Notes: generated by a model not told the origin, from the sequence alone. A stretch of 64,000 nucleotides of DNA from Lachnospiraceae bacterium (GCA_030523275.1 JAUNIX010000003.1:67452-131451), one strand, 5' to 3'. Shown: positions 9,276-18,742, counted from the stretch's first letter. Made by a program: numbers and translations.

Positions 9276-9282
9276 ACACATA

Positions 9283-9325
9283 GAAAAGCTCTTTCTGAAT
9301 TATGTATCAGAGAGAGCTTTTTTTG
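9283..9325 (+). terminator. intrinsic terminator after the permease
   Basis: GAAAAGCTCTTTCTGA pairs with TCAGAGAGAGCTTTT, followed by a T-run. Confidence 0.7.
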
Positions 9326-9470
9326 TTGTCTATACAACAAAAATGCTCCGTGAGAATGTGTATAATTTCTATTTGGTTACGCATTGTATTGATTCAAGCA
9401 CCTAAAAAATGATTTAAGCATACAATTGCAAAAATGCAAATATAAAAACGCAAATAAACGCAAAAATAGC

Positions 9471-9508
9471 TTGACAATGCATAAATATGTATATATAATG
9501 CAAATATA
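9471..9508 (+). promoter_or_regulatory. consensus sigma-70 promoter of the PTS/polyol operon with overlapping repeated AATGCAAATATA boxes
   Basis: TTGACA (9471-9476), a 17-nt spacer, then TATAAT (9494-9499). AATGCAAATATA occurs at 9433-9444 and 9497-9508, with variant AATGCATAAATATG at 9476-9489. Confidence 0.6.
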
Positions 9509-9568
9509 CCGGTATAAAACAGCAAAAAACAGCAAAAATTGCAGATTCAAGGGAAGGAAGGAATATGA

Positions 9569-10369
9569 ATGAATAACTGGATGGGAATGAAAGACAAAGT
9601 TGTAATTGTCACAGGAGGCAGTCAAGGGATTGGAAATCATGTTGTCCAGACATTAAGAGAGCTTGGGGCAAATGTAGTGGTAGCAGATCTTGCGGAGAAC
9701 CCTGATTATGAGATGGATAAAAACATTACATTTGTAAAATGTGATGTTACAAATAAAGAAAATGTGGAAGCTATGGTTAGCGATGTGATTAAAAAGTATG
9801 GTAAAATTGATGCTTTATTTAATAATGCAGGTGTTAACAGACCAAGATTGTTGGTTGATTTTTATGGAAAAAAACCAGAATACGAGTTTACAGAACAGGA
9901 TTATGATTTTCTAATGAATGTAAACGTAAAAGGTGTATTTTTCGTTACGCAAGCAGTTGTCAGACATATGGTAAAAGCCAAAGCAGGAGTTATTGTTAAC
10001 ATGTCTTCTGAGGCAGGAATGCAGGGATCAATTGGACAGAGTATATATGCGGCAACAAAGGGAGCTGTGCTGGCATTTACGTCATCATGGGCAAAAGAAC
10101 TTGGTCCATATAATATTAGAGTTGTTGGTATTGCACCTTCTATTAATGAGAGAACAGCGATGAATAATGATGAGACATTTAAGGCATTAGCTTATGCTAG
10201 AGGACAGGACTCCAATAATGTATCATCGGATTATACAAAAGTAATTCCTATGGGAAGACCGGGGAAATTAGATGAAGTAGCAGATTTAGTCTGTTATTTA
10301 ATGTCAGACAGAGCAAGCTACATTTCTGGAACTACGATCAATATCAGTGGTGCGAAATCAACAAGATAA
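9569..10369 (+). CDS. SDR family oxidoreductase (sorbitol-6-phosphate dehydrogenase-like)
   Basis: KVVIVTGGSQGIG cofactor motif and the catalytic YAATKGA (YxxxK). Confidence 0.7.
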   Translation: MNNWMGMKDKVVIVTGGSQGIGNHVVQTLRELGANVVVADLAENPDYEMDKNITFVKCDVTNKENVEAMVSDVIKKYGKIDALFNNAGVNRPRLLVDFYGKKPEYEFTEQDYDFLMNVNVKGVFFVTQAVVRHMVKAKAGVIVNMSSEAGMQGSIGQSIYAATKGAVLAFTSSWAKELGPYNIRVVGIAPSINERTAMNNDETFKALAYARGQDSNNVSSDYTKVIPMGRPGKLDEVADLVCYLMSDRASYISGTTINISGAKSTR

Positions 10370-10388
10370 GTTAGAGAGGATTGATATT

Positions 10389-11090
10389 ATGAATAGAAAG
10401 ATAGAAATATCCCCATCATTAATATGTGCGGATCTTTGCAATTTGGAACGGGATATTAAAGAAATGGAATCCTGTGGCATTACAAATTTACATATTGATT
10501 TTATTGATGGACAGTTTAGTCCTAGTATGCCATTAGGTTTTGCAGCAGTGGAAAGTGCGAGAAAGATTACAAATCTTCGCTTTGATGTGCATCTTATGAC
10601 GGTAAATAATGAGTTATTCATCGACGAAGCCATTAAAGCCGGGGCAGATAGCATTTGTTTTCATTATGAATCGGCCTTTCATGTGCAAAGAATGATTCAG
10701 TTAATCCAAGACGCAGAGTGCAAGGTTGGAATTGCATTAAACCCTGCAACTCCAGTGAATGTGCTGGACTGTGTGGTATCTCAATGTGATTACATTTTGC
10801 TTATGTTGATCAGTCCTGGATATGCTGGAAATAAAAATGAAGGTATGATTCCTTATGCGATGGACAAGATTAGAACTCTAAGAGCATATCTGGATGAAAA
10901 AAATCCAAAAGCACAGATTGCAGTGGATGGACGAGTGGCACCAGAAGTAATTCCAGATATTATCGAAGCGGGTGCGGATATTTTAGTTTCGGGAAGCACC
11001 GGAGTTTTCCGCAAAGGATATACAATGAAAGAAAATTGCGAAGCACTGAAGCAGGCTGTAAATAAAGGATTAAAAAGGATTGGTGAATAA
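10389..11090 (+). CDS. ribulose-phosphate 3-epimerase family protein (allulose-6-phosphate 3-epimerase-like)
   Basis: ORF 10347-11090; ATG at 10389 gives MNRKIEISPSLICADL...HIDFIDGQF...DVHLM, typical of the RPE/AlsE family. Confidence 0.7.
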   Translation: MNRKIEISPSLICADLCNLERDIKEMESCGITNLHIDFIDGQFSPSMPLGFAAVESARKITNLRFDVHLMTVNNELFIDEAIKAGADSICFHYESAFHVQRMIQLIQDAECKVGIALNPATPVNVLDCVVSQCDYILLMLISPGYAGNKNEGMIPYAMDKIRTLRAYLDEKNPKAQIAVDGRVAPEVIPDIIEAGADILVSGSTGVFRKGYTMKENCEALKQAVNKGLKRIGE

Positions 11091-11091
11091 G

Positions 11092-11649
11092 ATGGAGTAT
11101 AAGGACGCTTATCAACTTGTAATAAACGAATGTGAGGAAGCTCTGAGTAAAGTGTCAACGGATGATGTAGAGCGATTCATTGCTATGATCACAAATGCAG
11201 ATAAAGTCTTTTTTGTTGGTGTGGGTAGAGTGCTATTAGAATTGGAAGCTTTTGCTAAGAGATTAGCTCATATTGGCATTGAAACGGTGATTGTAGGTCA
11301 GATTACAGAACCGGCTTTTACAGAAAATGATGTATTAATCGTTGGCAGTGGCAGCGGGGAATCTTTAGTGCCAGTTGCCATTGCAAAAAAGGCAAAACAA
11401 ATTGGTGGGAAAATTGTACATATTGGGTCAAATAAAGAAAGTTCAATAAAAGAGATTACAGATTTAATGTTGCGAATTCCAGTTCAGACAAAATTATATC
11501 TTGAAGACGAAATTGTATCTGATCAGCCTATGTCAAGTCTTTTTGAGCAGAGTTTGCTCTTATTAGGTGATACCGTTGCAAAAATGATTGTGGAAGAAAA
11601 GAAGATTGAATTAAAGTCATTATGGAGATGTCATGCAAATCTGGAATAA
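11092..11649 (+). CDS. 6-phospho-3-hexuloisomerase-like SIS domain protein
   Basis: ATG at 11092, 1 nt after the upstream stop. SIS-domain signatures FFVGVGRV and IVGSGSGES. Confidence 0.65.
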   Translation: MEYKDAYQLVINECEEALSKVSTDDVERFIAMITNADKVFFVGVGRVLLELEAFAKRLAHIGIETVIVGQITEPAFTENDVLIVGSGSGESLVPVAIAKKAKQIGGKIVHIGSNKESSIKEITDLMLRIPVQTKLYLEDEIVSDQPMSSLFEQSLLLLGDTVAKMIVEEKKIELKSLWRCHANLE

Positions 11650-11679
11650 TACAGATATGTTATCAGGAGGAGGATTTCA

Positions 11680-13518
11680 ATGAACAACAATACAAATGCA
11701 TTAGAAAAAATAAAAAAATTTGGCGGCTTTATGAGTGGTATGGTTATGCCAAACCTTGGAGCTTTCGTTGGCTGGGGATTGCTTGCAGCACTCTTTATTC
11801 CAAATGGGTGGTTCCCAAATGAACAGTTAAATGAGATGGTTGGTCCTATGTTAAACTATCTCTTGCCAATTTTAATTGGATATACAGCGGGGTATAATAT
11901 TCATGGACAAAGAGGTGGAGTTATTGGAGCTTTTGCCACGATGGGTGTGATTGTTGGATCAGAAGTTACCATGTTTAGTGGAGCTATGCTTATGGGTCCA
12001 ATCTCAGCATGGTTATTGAAAAAAATTGACAAACAATTTGAGGGAAAAGTAAAACCAGGATTTGAAATGTTTGTTGATAACTTTACACTCGGTATTTTAG
12101 GATTGGTACTTGCTATTGCTGGCTATTTTGTCATTGGACCAGTAGTAAATGCAATTATCGTTGTATTATCTGCAGGTGTTAACTTTATGATCAACAAAGG
12201 ATTAATTCCATTATTGTCGATATTTGTTGCACCGGCACAGGTATTGTTCTTGAACAATGCAATTAATCATGGAATTGTAGCTCCATTGGCATACGCACAG
12301 GCACAACAACTTGGTAAATCGATGCTATTCTTATTAGATTCAAACTGCGGTCCATCTTTGGGTGTATTACTTGCAATCTCTTTATTTGGAAAAGGTAAGG
12401 CAAAGAAAACAGCGCCAATGGCTATGTTTATCGCTGGTATTGCTGGTATCGGAGAAGTTTATTTCCCATTTGTACTGGCAAATCCAATTATGATTCTTGG
12501 AACTATGGCAGGACAAGCTGTATCTTATTTCCTATTAGTTGTATTAAATGGTGGATTAGTGGCGATGCCATCTCCGGGAAGCCTGATCAATATTGCGCTT
12601 ATGACTCCAAAAGATGCAGCATTAGGAAACTTTATTGCAATTTTAGCAGGATTTGCCGTAGCATTTATCGTGGATGCATTCATTTTAAAATTGGTAGGAG
12701 CGCCAAATGAAGACAATATTGATGATGAAGTGATAGAACATGGAATTGGATTGGAAAATGATCAGTTATCACAATTGAATCATGTAATCTTTGCCTGTGA
12801 TGCAGGAATGGGATCCTCTGCTATGGGAAGCTCTATCTTAAAGAAAAAATTATCTGCAGTAGGACTAACACCAGATATTCAGCATGTGTCTGTAACAGAA
12901 ATTCCAGAGTATGCCGATTTAGTTGTCACAAATGAAAATCTGGCTGTTCGTGCAAAAGATTCTACAAACGGAAAAATTCCGATTTTAACTTTAGAGAATT
13001 TTATGGATCAGACAGAGTATGATAATATTGTTCGCCAAATTCAGGACATGTTTCATAAAAATGCGACAAATAGCGTATCTGATCGTCAACTTCAGTTACC
13101 AATATTGGCGGAGAACAATATTGTTCTTAATGCAAGTTTTAAAAATAAAATGCAGGCAATTGAGCAATGTGCAGATATTTTTATTGAAAACGGATATACA
13201 GATATTAGCTATAAAAAAGATATGATACAAAGAGATAAGGATGCTTCAGTGTATCTTGGAAATGGGGTTGCATTACCACACGGACTTGCATCTTCGAAGC
13301 AAACAATTAAACATTCTGGAATTTGCTTTATTCAGGTTCCAGAAGGAGTTGATTTTGATGGAAAAACAGCTTATTTAATCATTGGAGTTGCAGGTAAAAA
13401 TGATGAACATGTAGAAATACTTGGAAAAATTGCGGAATTTTTAATGGAAAGAGAAAATATTGATAAACTTAAAAATGCAAAAACTAAACAAGAAATTTTA
13501 AGTATTCTAAAAATTTAA
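11680..13518 (+). CDS. PTS mannitol-family transporter, fused EIICBA
   Basis: 612 aa. MtlA-like N-terminus (KIKKFGGFMSGMVMPNLGAFVGWG), EIIB Cys region (VIFACDAGMGSSAMG), and a C-terminal EIIA-2 domain (GNGVALPHG). Confidence 0.8.
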   Translation: MNNNTNALEKIKKFGGFMSGMVMPNLGAFVGWGLLAALFIPNGWFPNEQLNEMVGPMLNYLLPILIGYTAGYNIHGQRGGVIGAFATMGVIVGSEVTMFSGAMLMGPISAWLLKKIDKQFEGKVKPGFEMFVDNFTLGILGLVLAIAGYFVIGPVVNAIIVVLSAGVNFMINKGLIPLLSIFVAPAQVLFLNNAINHGIVAPLAYAQAQQLGKSMLFLLDSNCGPSLGVLLAISLFGKGKAKKTAPMAMFIAGIAGIGEVYFPFVLANPIMILGTMAGQAVSYFLLVVLNGGLVAMPSPGSLINIALMTPKDAALGNFIAILAGFAVAFIVDAFILKLVGAPNEDNIDDEVIEHGIGLENDQLSQLNHVIFACDAGMGSSAMGSSILKKKLSAVGLTPDIQHVSVTEIPEYADLVVTNENLAVRAKDSTNGKIPILTLENFMDQTEYDNIVRQIQDMFHKNATNSVSDRQLQLPILAENNIVLNASFKNKMQAIEQCADIFIENGYTDISYKKDMIQRDKDASVYLGNGVALPHGLASSKQTIKHSGICFIQVPEGVDFDGKTAYLIIGVAGKNDEHVEILGKIAEFLMERENIDKLKNAKTKQEILSILKI

Positions 13519-13608
13519 TATTCCAAATATATGCAAATCAATGTGAAATAATTGTAAATTTATATTATAATGTAATTATATAAATTTATGAAAGAGGGGT
13601 CTCCAATT

Positions 13609-14319
13609 ATGAAATTACTCAAATCTGAAAGACAGGAAAAGATTTTAGATATTATATCTGTAGAAGATAAAATTATTGCCAGTGAGTTGAGTGTTCGGTT
13701 GGGAGTATCTGAAGACACGATACGCAGAGATATTAAAGAACTGGATATCAAGGGGAAATTAAAAAAGGTTCACAGTGGAGCACTGAGAACTGGTCCTGCA
13801 AAAACAGGTTTTCAGCAAAGACTTACCATTGATGTAGATGAAAAAATCAGACTGGCCCAGAAAGCAAAGGAATTAATAAAACCAGAATCAGTGGTTTTGA
13901 TCGATGATGGGACAACGAACTATCAACTTATCAAACAATTAGATAAGACATTTAGTTGTACGATTATTACAAATAGTATTCCGATTGTTAATTTATTAGA
14001 AGAATACCCGAATATAAAAGTCATTACACTTGGAGGGTACCTTTTTCGGGATTCCATGGCAAGTCTTGGTGTGGAAGCAATAAGACAACTGGATTCTTTT
14101 CGTCCAGATCTGTATTTTATGGGAATTTATTCGATTAATGAAGATACAGTTACACATTCTGCACTTGATGAATGTCAGATGAAACAAAAGATGGTATCGA
14201 TTTCTAATCGGACAGTTGCAATGGTCACAAAAGAAAAGATTGGAACAGCCTCAAATTATGTGATTTGTAAAACGGATAAAATATCCCGGATTATAACAGA
14301 TGAAAATCAGACAATTTAA
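13609..14319 (+). CDS. DeoR family transcriptional regulator
   Basis: ATG at 13609 after AGAGGGG. HTH region ERQEKILDII...ASELSVRLGVSEDTIRRDIKEL plus a DeoR C-terminal sugar-phosphate-binding domain. Confidence 0.8.
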   Translation: MKLLKSERQEKILDIISVEDKIIASELSVRLGVSEDTIRRDIKELDIKGKLKKVHSGALRTGPAKTGFQQRLTIDVDEKIRLAQKAKELIKPESVVLIDDGTTNYQLIKQLDKTFSCTIITNSIPIVNLLEEYPNIKVITLGGYLFRDSMASLGVEAIRQLDSFRPDLYFMGIYSINEDTVTHSALDECQMKQKMVSISNRTVAMVTKEKIGTASNYVICKTDKISRIITDENQTI

Positions 14320-14337
14320 TACATAGTAAATATGTTG

Positions 14338-14373
14338 GCCGCACTAAGATAAATTTCTAGTGCGGCTTTGTTG
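14338..14373 (+). terminator. intrinsic terminator after the DeoR gene
   Basis: GCCGCACTA pairs with TAGTGCGGC, followed by TTTGTTGTG. Confidence 0.65.
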
Positions 14374-14496
14374 TGTAAATTACAATATTATATCAAAAAT
14401 ATAGTAAACAACTAGGAATAGTGATATTATAATGACTTTATTATTATATGTTAAATATATATGAATAATAAGAAGATGAGATAACGAGAAAACTAG

Positions 14497-14562
14497 AGGT
14501 TTTATCTGTATATATAGATGGCAACATCCATATATTATAGATAGGGCCTTTTTGTGTTTTTT
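14497..14562 (+). terminator. long imperfect hairpin plus T-run in the opuC-like leader (possible attenuator)
   Basis: AGGTTTTATCTGTATATATAGATGG / ATCCATATATTATAGATAGGGCCT followed by TTTTTGTGTTTTTT, about 60 nt before the GTG start at 14621. Confidence 0.3.
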
Positions 14563-14620
14563 AATGGAAATGACTAAAAAAATTTAATTTTGCTGATTTG
14601 CAAAAGGAAAGGGGTAAATA

Positions 14621-15262
14621 GTGCAAAATATCATATCATATTTTTCAACTGATCTTGGACAATATATTCAATATGTGATCGAACATTTGGAAGTAAGTTT
14701 ATTATCCATTTTATTTGCAATTGTGATTGCAGTTCCACTTGGAATTATTAGTACCAAGTACCAATGGATTGAGAAAGTTTCCCTTTGGTTTTGGGGTACA
14801 CTAAGAATTATTCCCAGTCTTGCTATTTTGGTATTTTGTATTCCAATTATGGGAACCGGGATGAAACCGGCGATTTTGGCTTTGACGGTTCTTGCAATCC
14901 CGCCAATACTTATGAATACAACATTGGCATTTCAGACTTTGCCAGAGATGGTGATTGAAGCGGCAACGGGAATGGGAATGAGTCCCCAAAGACTATTTTT
15001 TACAATAAAAGTACCATTGGCATTTCCGGTTATTTTCACTGGGATACGAACTGCCATTGTCGAGGTCATTGCCAGTGCCACGCTAGCAACTTATATCGGG
15101 GCTGGTGGATTGGGAACTTTAATCTTTACTGGATTAGGTCTGATGCGAAATGACTTGCTTTGGATCGGTGGTATTTCAGTTGCTATATTGTCACTGGGAA
15201 CTGGATTTTTATTATCAGCCGTAGATAAATGGCTGACGCGTTATCAAAGGGTAAATGGGTAG
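14621..15262 (+). CDS. osmoprotectant (OpuC/glycine betaine-type) ABC transporter permease
   Basis: 213 aa, multi-TM, BPD-transporter-like core (EAATGMGMSPQRLFFTIKVPLAFP). GTG start after AAAGGAAAGGGG. Confidence 0.7.
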   Translation: MQNIISYFSTDLGQYIQYVIEHLEVSLLSILFAIVIAVPLGIISTKYQWIEKVSLWFWGTLRIIPSLAILVFCIPIMGTGMKPAILALTVLAIPPILMNTTLAFQTLPEMVIEAATGMGMSPQRLFFTIKVPLAFPVIFTGIRTAIVEVIASATLATYIGAGGLGTLIFTGLGLMRNDLLWIGGISVAILSLGTGFLLSAVDKWLTRYQRVNG

Positions 15263-15280
15263 TATAAAGGAGAAAGAAAT

Positions 15281-16177
15281 ATGAAAAAAATAATAAGAAA
15301 AATAGTGGTTGGTTTGTTCGTGATTGCAACTATGGCAACTATAATTACCGGATGTGGAAAAAAGGATGGATCAGCCACAATCAAAGTTGGTTCAAAAGAC
15401 TTTTCAGAAAATCTGATTTTGTCAGAGATTTATTCTTTGGCATTAGAAGATGCGGGATATAAAGTAGACCGAGTATTTAACATTGCAAGTTCAGCAGTTC
15501 ATACAGCAATCGTAAATGATGAAGTGGATTTATATCCAGAGTATACAGGTACAGGTTTACTATCTGTTTTAAAACTACCTTTAGAGACAGATCCACAAAA
15601 AGTGTATGATACGGTTAAAAAGGAATATAAAGAACAATTTGATATAGAATGGTTAGATTATGCAAAGGCAAATGATGCACAGGGATTAGTGATTACAACA
15701 AAGGCAGCAAAGAAATATCGCATTAAAACAATTTCTGATTTACAAAAACATGCGACAAAACTTCGTTTTGCTTCACAAGGAGAATTTGATAAGAGAGAAG
15801 ATGGTATACCGGCATTGGAAAAAGCATATGGTTCATTTAAATGGAAATCTTCAAAGGTATATGATACTGGATTAATCTATGAAATTTTAGCAAATGATGA
15901 AGCAGATGTTGCTCCAGCTTATACAACAGCAGGACAGTTAGTACAGGAAGACAAATTTACTGTCTTAGAAGATGATAAATATGTATGGCCTCCATATAAT
16001 ATTGCCCCGGTTGTCAGAGGTGAGGTATTAGAGGCACATCCAGATATTGCTGATATTTTAAATAAAGTAAATGCAAAGATTGATACAAAGACAATTACAA
16101 AGTTAAATGCACAGGTTGATGTAGATAAGAAGGAGTATGAAGAAGTAGCAAAGGATTTTTATGATTCCATCAAATAG
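15281..16177 (+). CDS. osmoprotectant ABC transporter substrate-binding lipoprotein
   Basis: Lipobox ITGCGKK and an OpuCC/OsmF-like body (IKVGSKDFSENLILSEIY...YPEYTGTG). Confidence 0.7.
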   Translation: MKKIIRKIVVGLFVIATMATIITGCGKKDGSATIKVGSKDFSENLILSEIYSLALEDAGYKVDRVFNIASSAVHTAIVNDEVDLYPEYTGTGLLSVLKLPLETDPQKVYDTVKKEYKEQFDIEWLDYAKANDAQGLVITTKAAKKYRIKTISDLQKHATKLRFASQGEFDKREDGIPALEKAYGSFKWKSSKVYDTGLIYEILANDEADVAPAYTTAGQLVQEDKFTVLEDDKYVWPPYNIAPVVRGEVLEAHPDIADILNKVNAKIDTKTITKLNAQVDVDKKEYEEVAKDFYDSIK

Positions 16178-16190
16178 AAATGAAAGGCAG

Positions 16191-16964
16191 ATGATAGTGA
16201 TGGTTGCAGTAGAATTTCAAGATGTTGTAAAGCAATTTCCCAAAGCGGGATATCCTTCTTTGGATCATATCAATTTGGAGATTGAAGAAGGGGAATTTGT
16301 AACGGTTTTGGGAACATCAGGATGTGGAAAGACAACCTTGATCAAAATGATTAATAGGATATATGAACCGGATTCTGGAAAGGTTTTGTTATCAGGAAAA
16401 GATATTGAAGAGTTAGACCCAATTAAATTAAGACAGGGAATTGGATATGTTATTCAGCAGAGTGGATTATTTCCACACATGACAATTTATCATAATATCG
16501 CAACGGTTCCGAAAATTTTAAAATGGGATAAGAAGCGAATTGATGAGAGAGTTACTGAATTATTAGAAATGATCAATCTAGATCCAGATGAATTTAAAAA
16601 TCGTTATCCATCGCAGCTCTCTGGTGGGCAGCAGCAAAGAGTTGGTCTAATCCGTGCGATGGCAGCGAATCCAAGTGTTATGCTCCTTGATGAACCATTT
16701 GGTGCCATTGATGCAATCAACAGAGAAAAACTTCAGGATGAATTGTTGAAAATTCATAAACAGTCAAAGAAAACATTTATCTTTGTGACGCATGATATTA
16801 AAGAAGCATTTAAACTGGGAACAAAAGTATTGATTATGGATAAAGGGCGAATGGAACAATATGCGACACCGGGACAAATACAAAGGCATCCAGCCTCTCA
16901 ATTTGTACAATCTTTGATTCGTTCTGGAGATTCCAATTTTATGAGTGATGGAGCTGGCATTTAA
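16191..16964 (+). CDS. ABC transporter ATP-binding protein
   Basis: Walker A GTSGCGKTT, signature LSGGQQQRV, Walker B MLLDEP. The start is either 16191 or 16200. Confidence 0.8.
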   Translation: MIVMVAVEFQDVVKQFPKAGYPSLDHINLEIEEGEFVTVLGTSGCGKTTLIKMINRIYEPDSGKVLLSGKDIEELDPIKLRQGIGYVIQQSGLFPHMTIYHNIATVPKILKWDKKRIDERVTELLEMINLDPDEFKNRYPSQLSGGQQQRVGLIRAMAANPSVMLLDEPFGAIDAINREKLQDELLKIHKQSKKTFIFVTHDIKEAFKLGTKVLIMDKGRMEQYATPGQIQRHPASQFVQSLIRSGDSNFMSDGAGI

Positions 16965-17590
16965 TGATAGATTATTTTTTAACATATAAAGAGAAATTTT
17001 TAAATGCATTTGTGGAACATGTGCAGATTGTAGTTATCACACTGTTGATATCGATTGCCCTTGCAGCTGTGATTACTGTTTTAATCATGAATTCAAAAAA
17101 AGTCACGAATGTTGTGTTGCAGTTATTTGGAGCTATTTATTCGATTCCGAGTTTGGCAATTTTTGCACTGCTGATTCCGGTTTTGGGGTTAGGCAGGACT
17201 ACAGCAATTTCAGTATTGGTTGTGTACAACCAATTTCTTTTAGTGAGAAATATTACAGCGGGTTTGGATGGTGTGGATAAAACTCTGATCGAAGCAGCAG
17301 TCGGTATGGGAATGAATCGCTGGCAGATACTTTATAAAGTACAGATTCCACTGGCATTTCCTATGATCATGGCAGGAATCAGGCTGGCAGTTATTTCTAC
17401 GATTGGTATCGCAACGATTGCGGCGACAATCAATGCAGGAGGATTGGGAAGTCTTTTATTCGAAGGACTTAGAACTATGAATCAGTATAAAATTATTTGG
17501 GGAACAATTTTATGTACCTTGATTGCATTTCTGGCAGATACGGGACTAAAATGGCTGGAAAAAATAGTACAAAAGAAAGTTGGAAGATAA
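16964..17590 (+). CDS. osmoprotectant ABC transporter permease (second)
   Basis: Paralogous to 14621-15262 (EAAVGMGMNRWQILYKVQIPLAFP). The ATG overlaps the upstream stop. Confidence 0.7.
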   Translation: MIDYFLTYKEKFLNAFVEHVQIVVITLLISIALAAVITVLIMNSKKVTNVVLQLFGAIYSIPSLAIFALLIPVLGLGRTTAISVLVVYNQFLLVRNITAGLDGVDKTLIEAAVGMGMNRWQILYKVQIPLAFPMIMAGIRLAVISTIGIATIAATINAGGLGSLLFEGLRTMNQYKIIWGTILCTLIAFLADTGLKWLEKIVQKKVGR

Positions 17591-17659
17591 TAATATGATG
17601 TTGTTTCCGAAACAGGAGAGCGGGGTTTTATCAAGAGATGAAACGCTGTTTTTATTTAC

Positions 17660-17734
17660 GCGAAGGCACAAGGCAAGCGGAAACGACCCAGGTTGCCCTC
17701 TCTTACCGAGAGCGGTCATTCACCTTGTGCTCGC
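17660..17734. repeat. GCGA-stem...stem-CGC hairpin element, architecturally related to the 23099-23151 hairpin
   Basis: GCGAAGGCACAAGG (17660-17673) pairs with CCTTGTGCTCGC (17723-17734). It is preceded by AAACGCT, as in the other copies. Confidence 0.4.
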
Positions 17735-17773
17735 ATTTCCATTTGCCATCGCACGCGAACCGATGAATAAAAG

Positions 17774-17829
17774 TTGACAAATAATAGGTATCAGTATATA
17801 CTAACTGTATTAATTGAAGTAATACAGTT
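17774..17829 (+). promoter_or_regulatory. near-consensus promoter plus a perfect 10-bp inverted repeat
   Basis: TTGACA (17774-17779), 17-nt spacer, TATACT (17797-17802), then AACTGTATTA-N7-TAATACAGTT (17803-17829). Confidence 0.55.
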
Positions 17830-17861
17830 AATACGTTATGCAGACTAGGAGGACGAAAAAG

Positions 17862-17972
17862 ATGAATATACAACGAAAATCATCTATTTTTTTGCTTTGC
17901 ATCGTAGCTTGGGTAAGCTCTTTGCTTGCATTATTAGCTGGAGTGATCAGGTACGTTGAGTGGAGTGTGTGA
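17862..17972 (+). CDS. 36-aa hydrophobic micro-protein (MNIQRKSSIFLLCIVAWVSSLLALLAGVIRYVEWSV)
   Basis: Below the ORF-track cutoff. AGGAGG sits 8 nt upstream of the ATG, the promoter above is 60 nt upstream, and one TM segment is predicted by eye. Confidence 0.4.
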   Translation: MNIQRKSSIFLLCIVAWVSSLLALLAGVIRYVEWSV

Positions 17973-18062
17973 TATTGATGATATCATTTGTAATTATATC
18001 GGAGCATGGGTGGCATATTTTTGTAGTAAATATTTTGTTAAAAAAATAGAGGGGAAACATTT

Positions 18063-18707
18063 ATGGGATATATAATAGAAGGGCTATGCAATTATGGGAT
18101 GTTGCTTCCTTTTTGGCTGATAATAGAAGCTTTGTTCTTTTTGTATTACAGAAAATATAATGTGAAAGTGAAAGTAGGTTATTTAATCGGATGGCAAATA
18201 TTTGCTTGCTGTATCACTTGCATTTTTTCACTGACAGGTACGGCAGGTATCAATGACATTGGTTCCTATGGTTCTGAAATCATTCGTTTGAATGAGATAA
18301 ATTTGATACCTTTTAAATGGGGAGTACTTGATTCGTTTGGATTGATCATGAATATTATCCTATTTTGTCCATTGGGAATATTATTACCATTGTTGTGGGA
18401 GAAAATGACCTTTAAGATGGCAACACTGACTGGTTTTTCATTATCTTTCCTGATAGAGATTAGTCAGCTCTTTAATCGACGGGCAACGGATATTGACGAT
18501 TTATTAATGAATACGTTAGGTGCCATGATTGGATATGTTATTGGAAAATTTGTGTCTAGGAAAATTAGATTTATGCAGCTTGATTGTGAAAATGAAACTT
18601 TTCTTTTGAAATGCCATTTATATATTACGATGATTGTTATGTTTGCATTCTATTTTCTTTTCGGACGTTCCTTTGTATGGCACACGTGGATGTTGATTTA
18701 TGAATGA
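18063..18707 (+). CDS. VanZ family membrane protein
   Basis: INLIPF...NIILFCPLGILLP...EISQLF..RATDIDDLLMNTLGAMIGY matches VanZ-like signatures. Confidence 0.7.
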   Translation: MGYIIEGLCNYGMLLPFWLIIEALFFLYYRKYNVKVKVGYLIGWQIFACCITCIFSLTGTAGINDIGSYGSEIIRLNEINLIPFKWGVLDSFGLIMNIILFCPLGILLPLLWEKMTFKMATLTGFSLSFLIEISQLFNRRATDIDDLLMNTLGAMIGYVIGKFVSRKIRFMQLDCENETFLLKCHLYITMIVMFAFYFLFGRSFVWHTWMLIYE

Positions 18708-18742
18708 AATGCCTTTATAATATAAAGAAATTTTTGTATACA

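Noticed and set aside
14380-14620. c-di-AMP (ydaO-type) or other riboswitch in the 300-nt leader of the osmoprotectant ABC operon.
   Set aside because: The region is extremely AT-rich, with none of the GC-rich conserved helices of that class. Only an imperfect hairpin plus T-run is visible, and that is reported as a low-confidence attenuator.
17580-17777. 65-aa ORF after the ABC permease gene.
   Set aside because: It runs through the hairpin repeat element (17640-17734), has no RBS, and has a Gly/Pro/Arg-biased composition unlike neighbouring genes.
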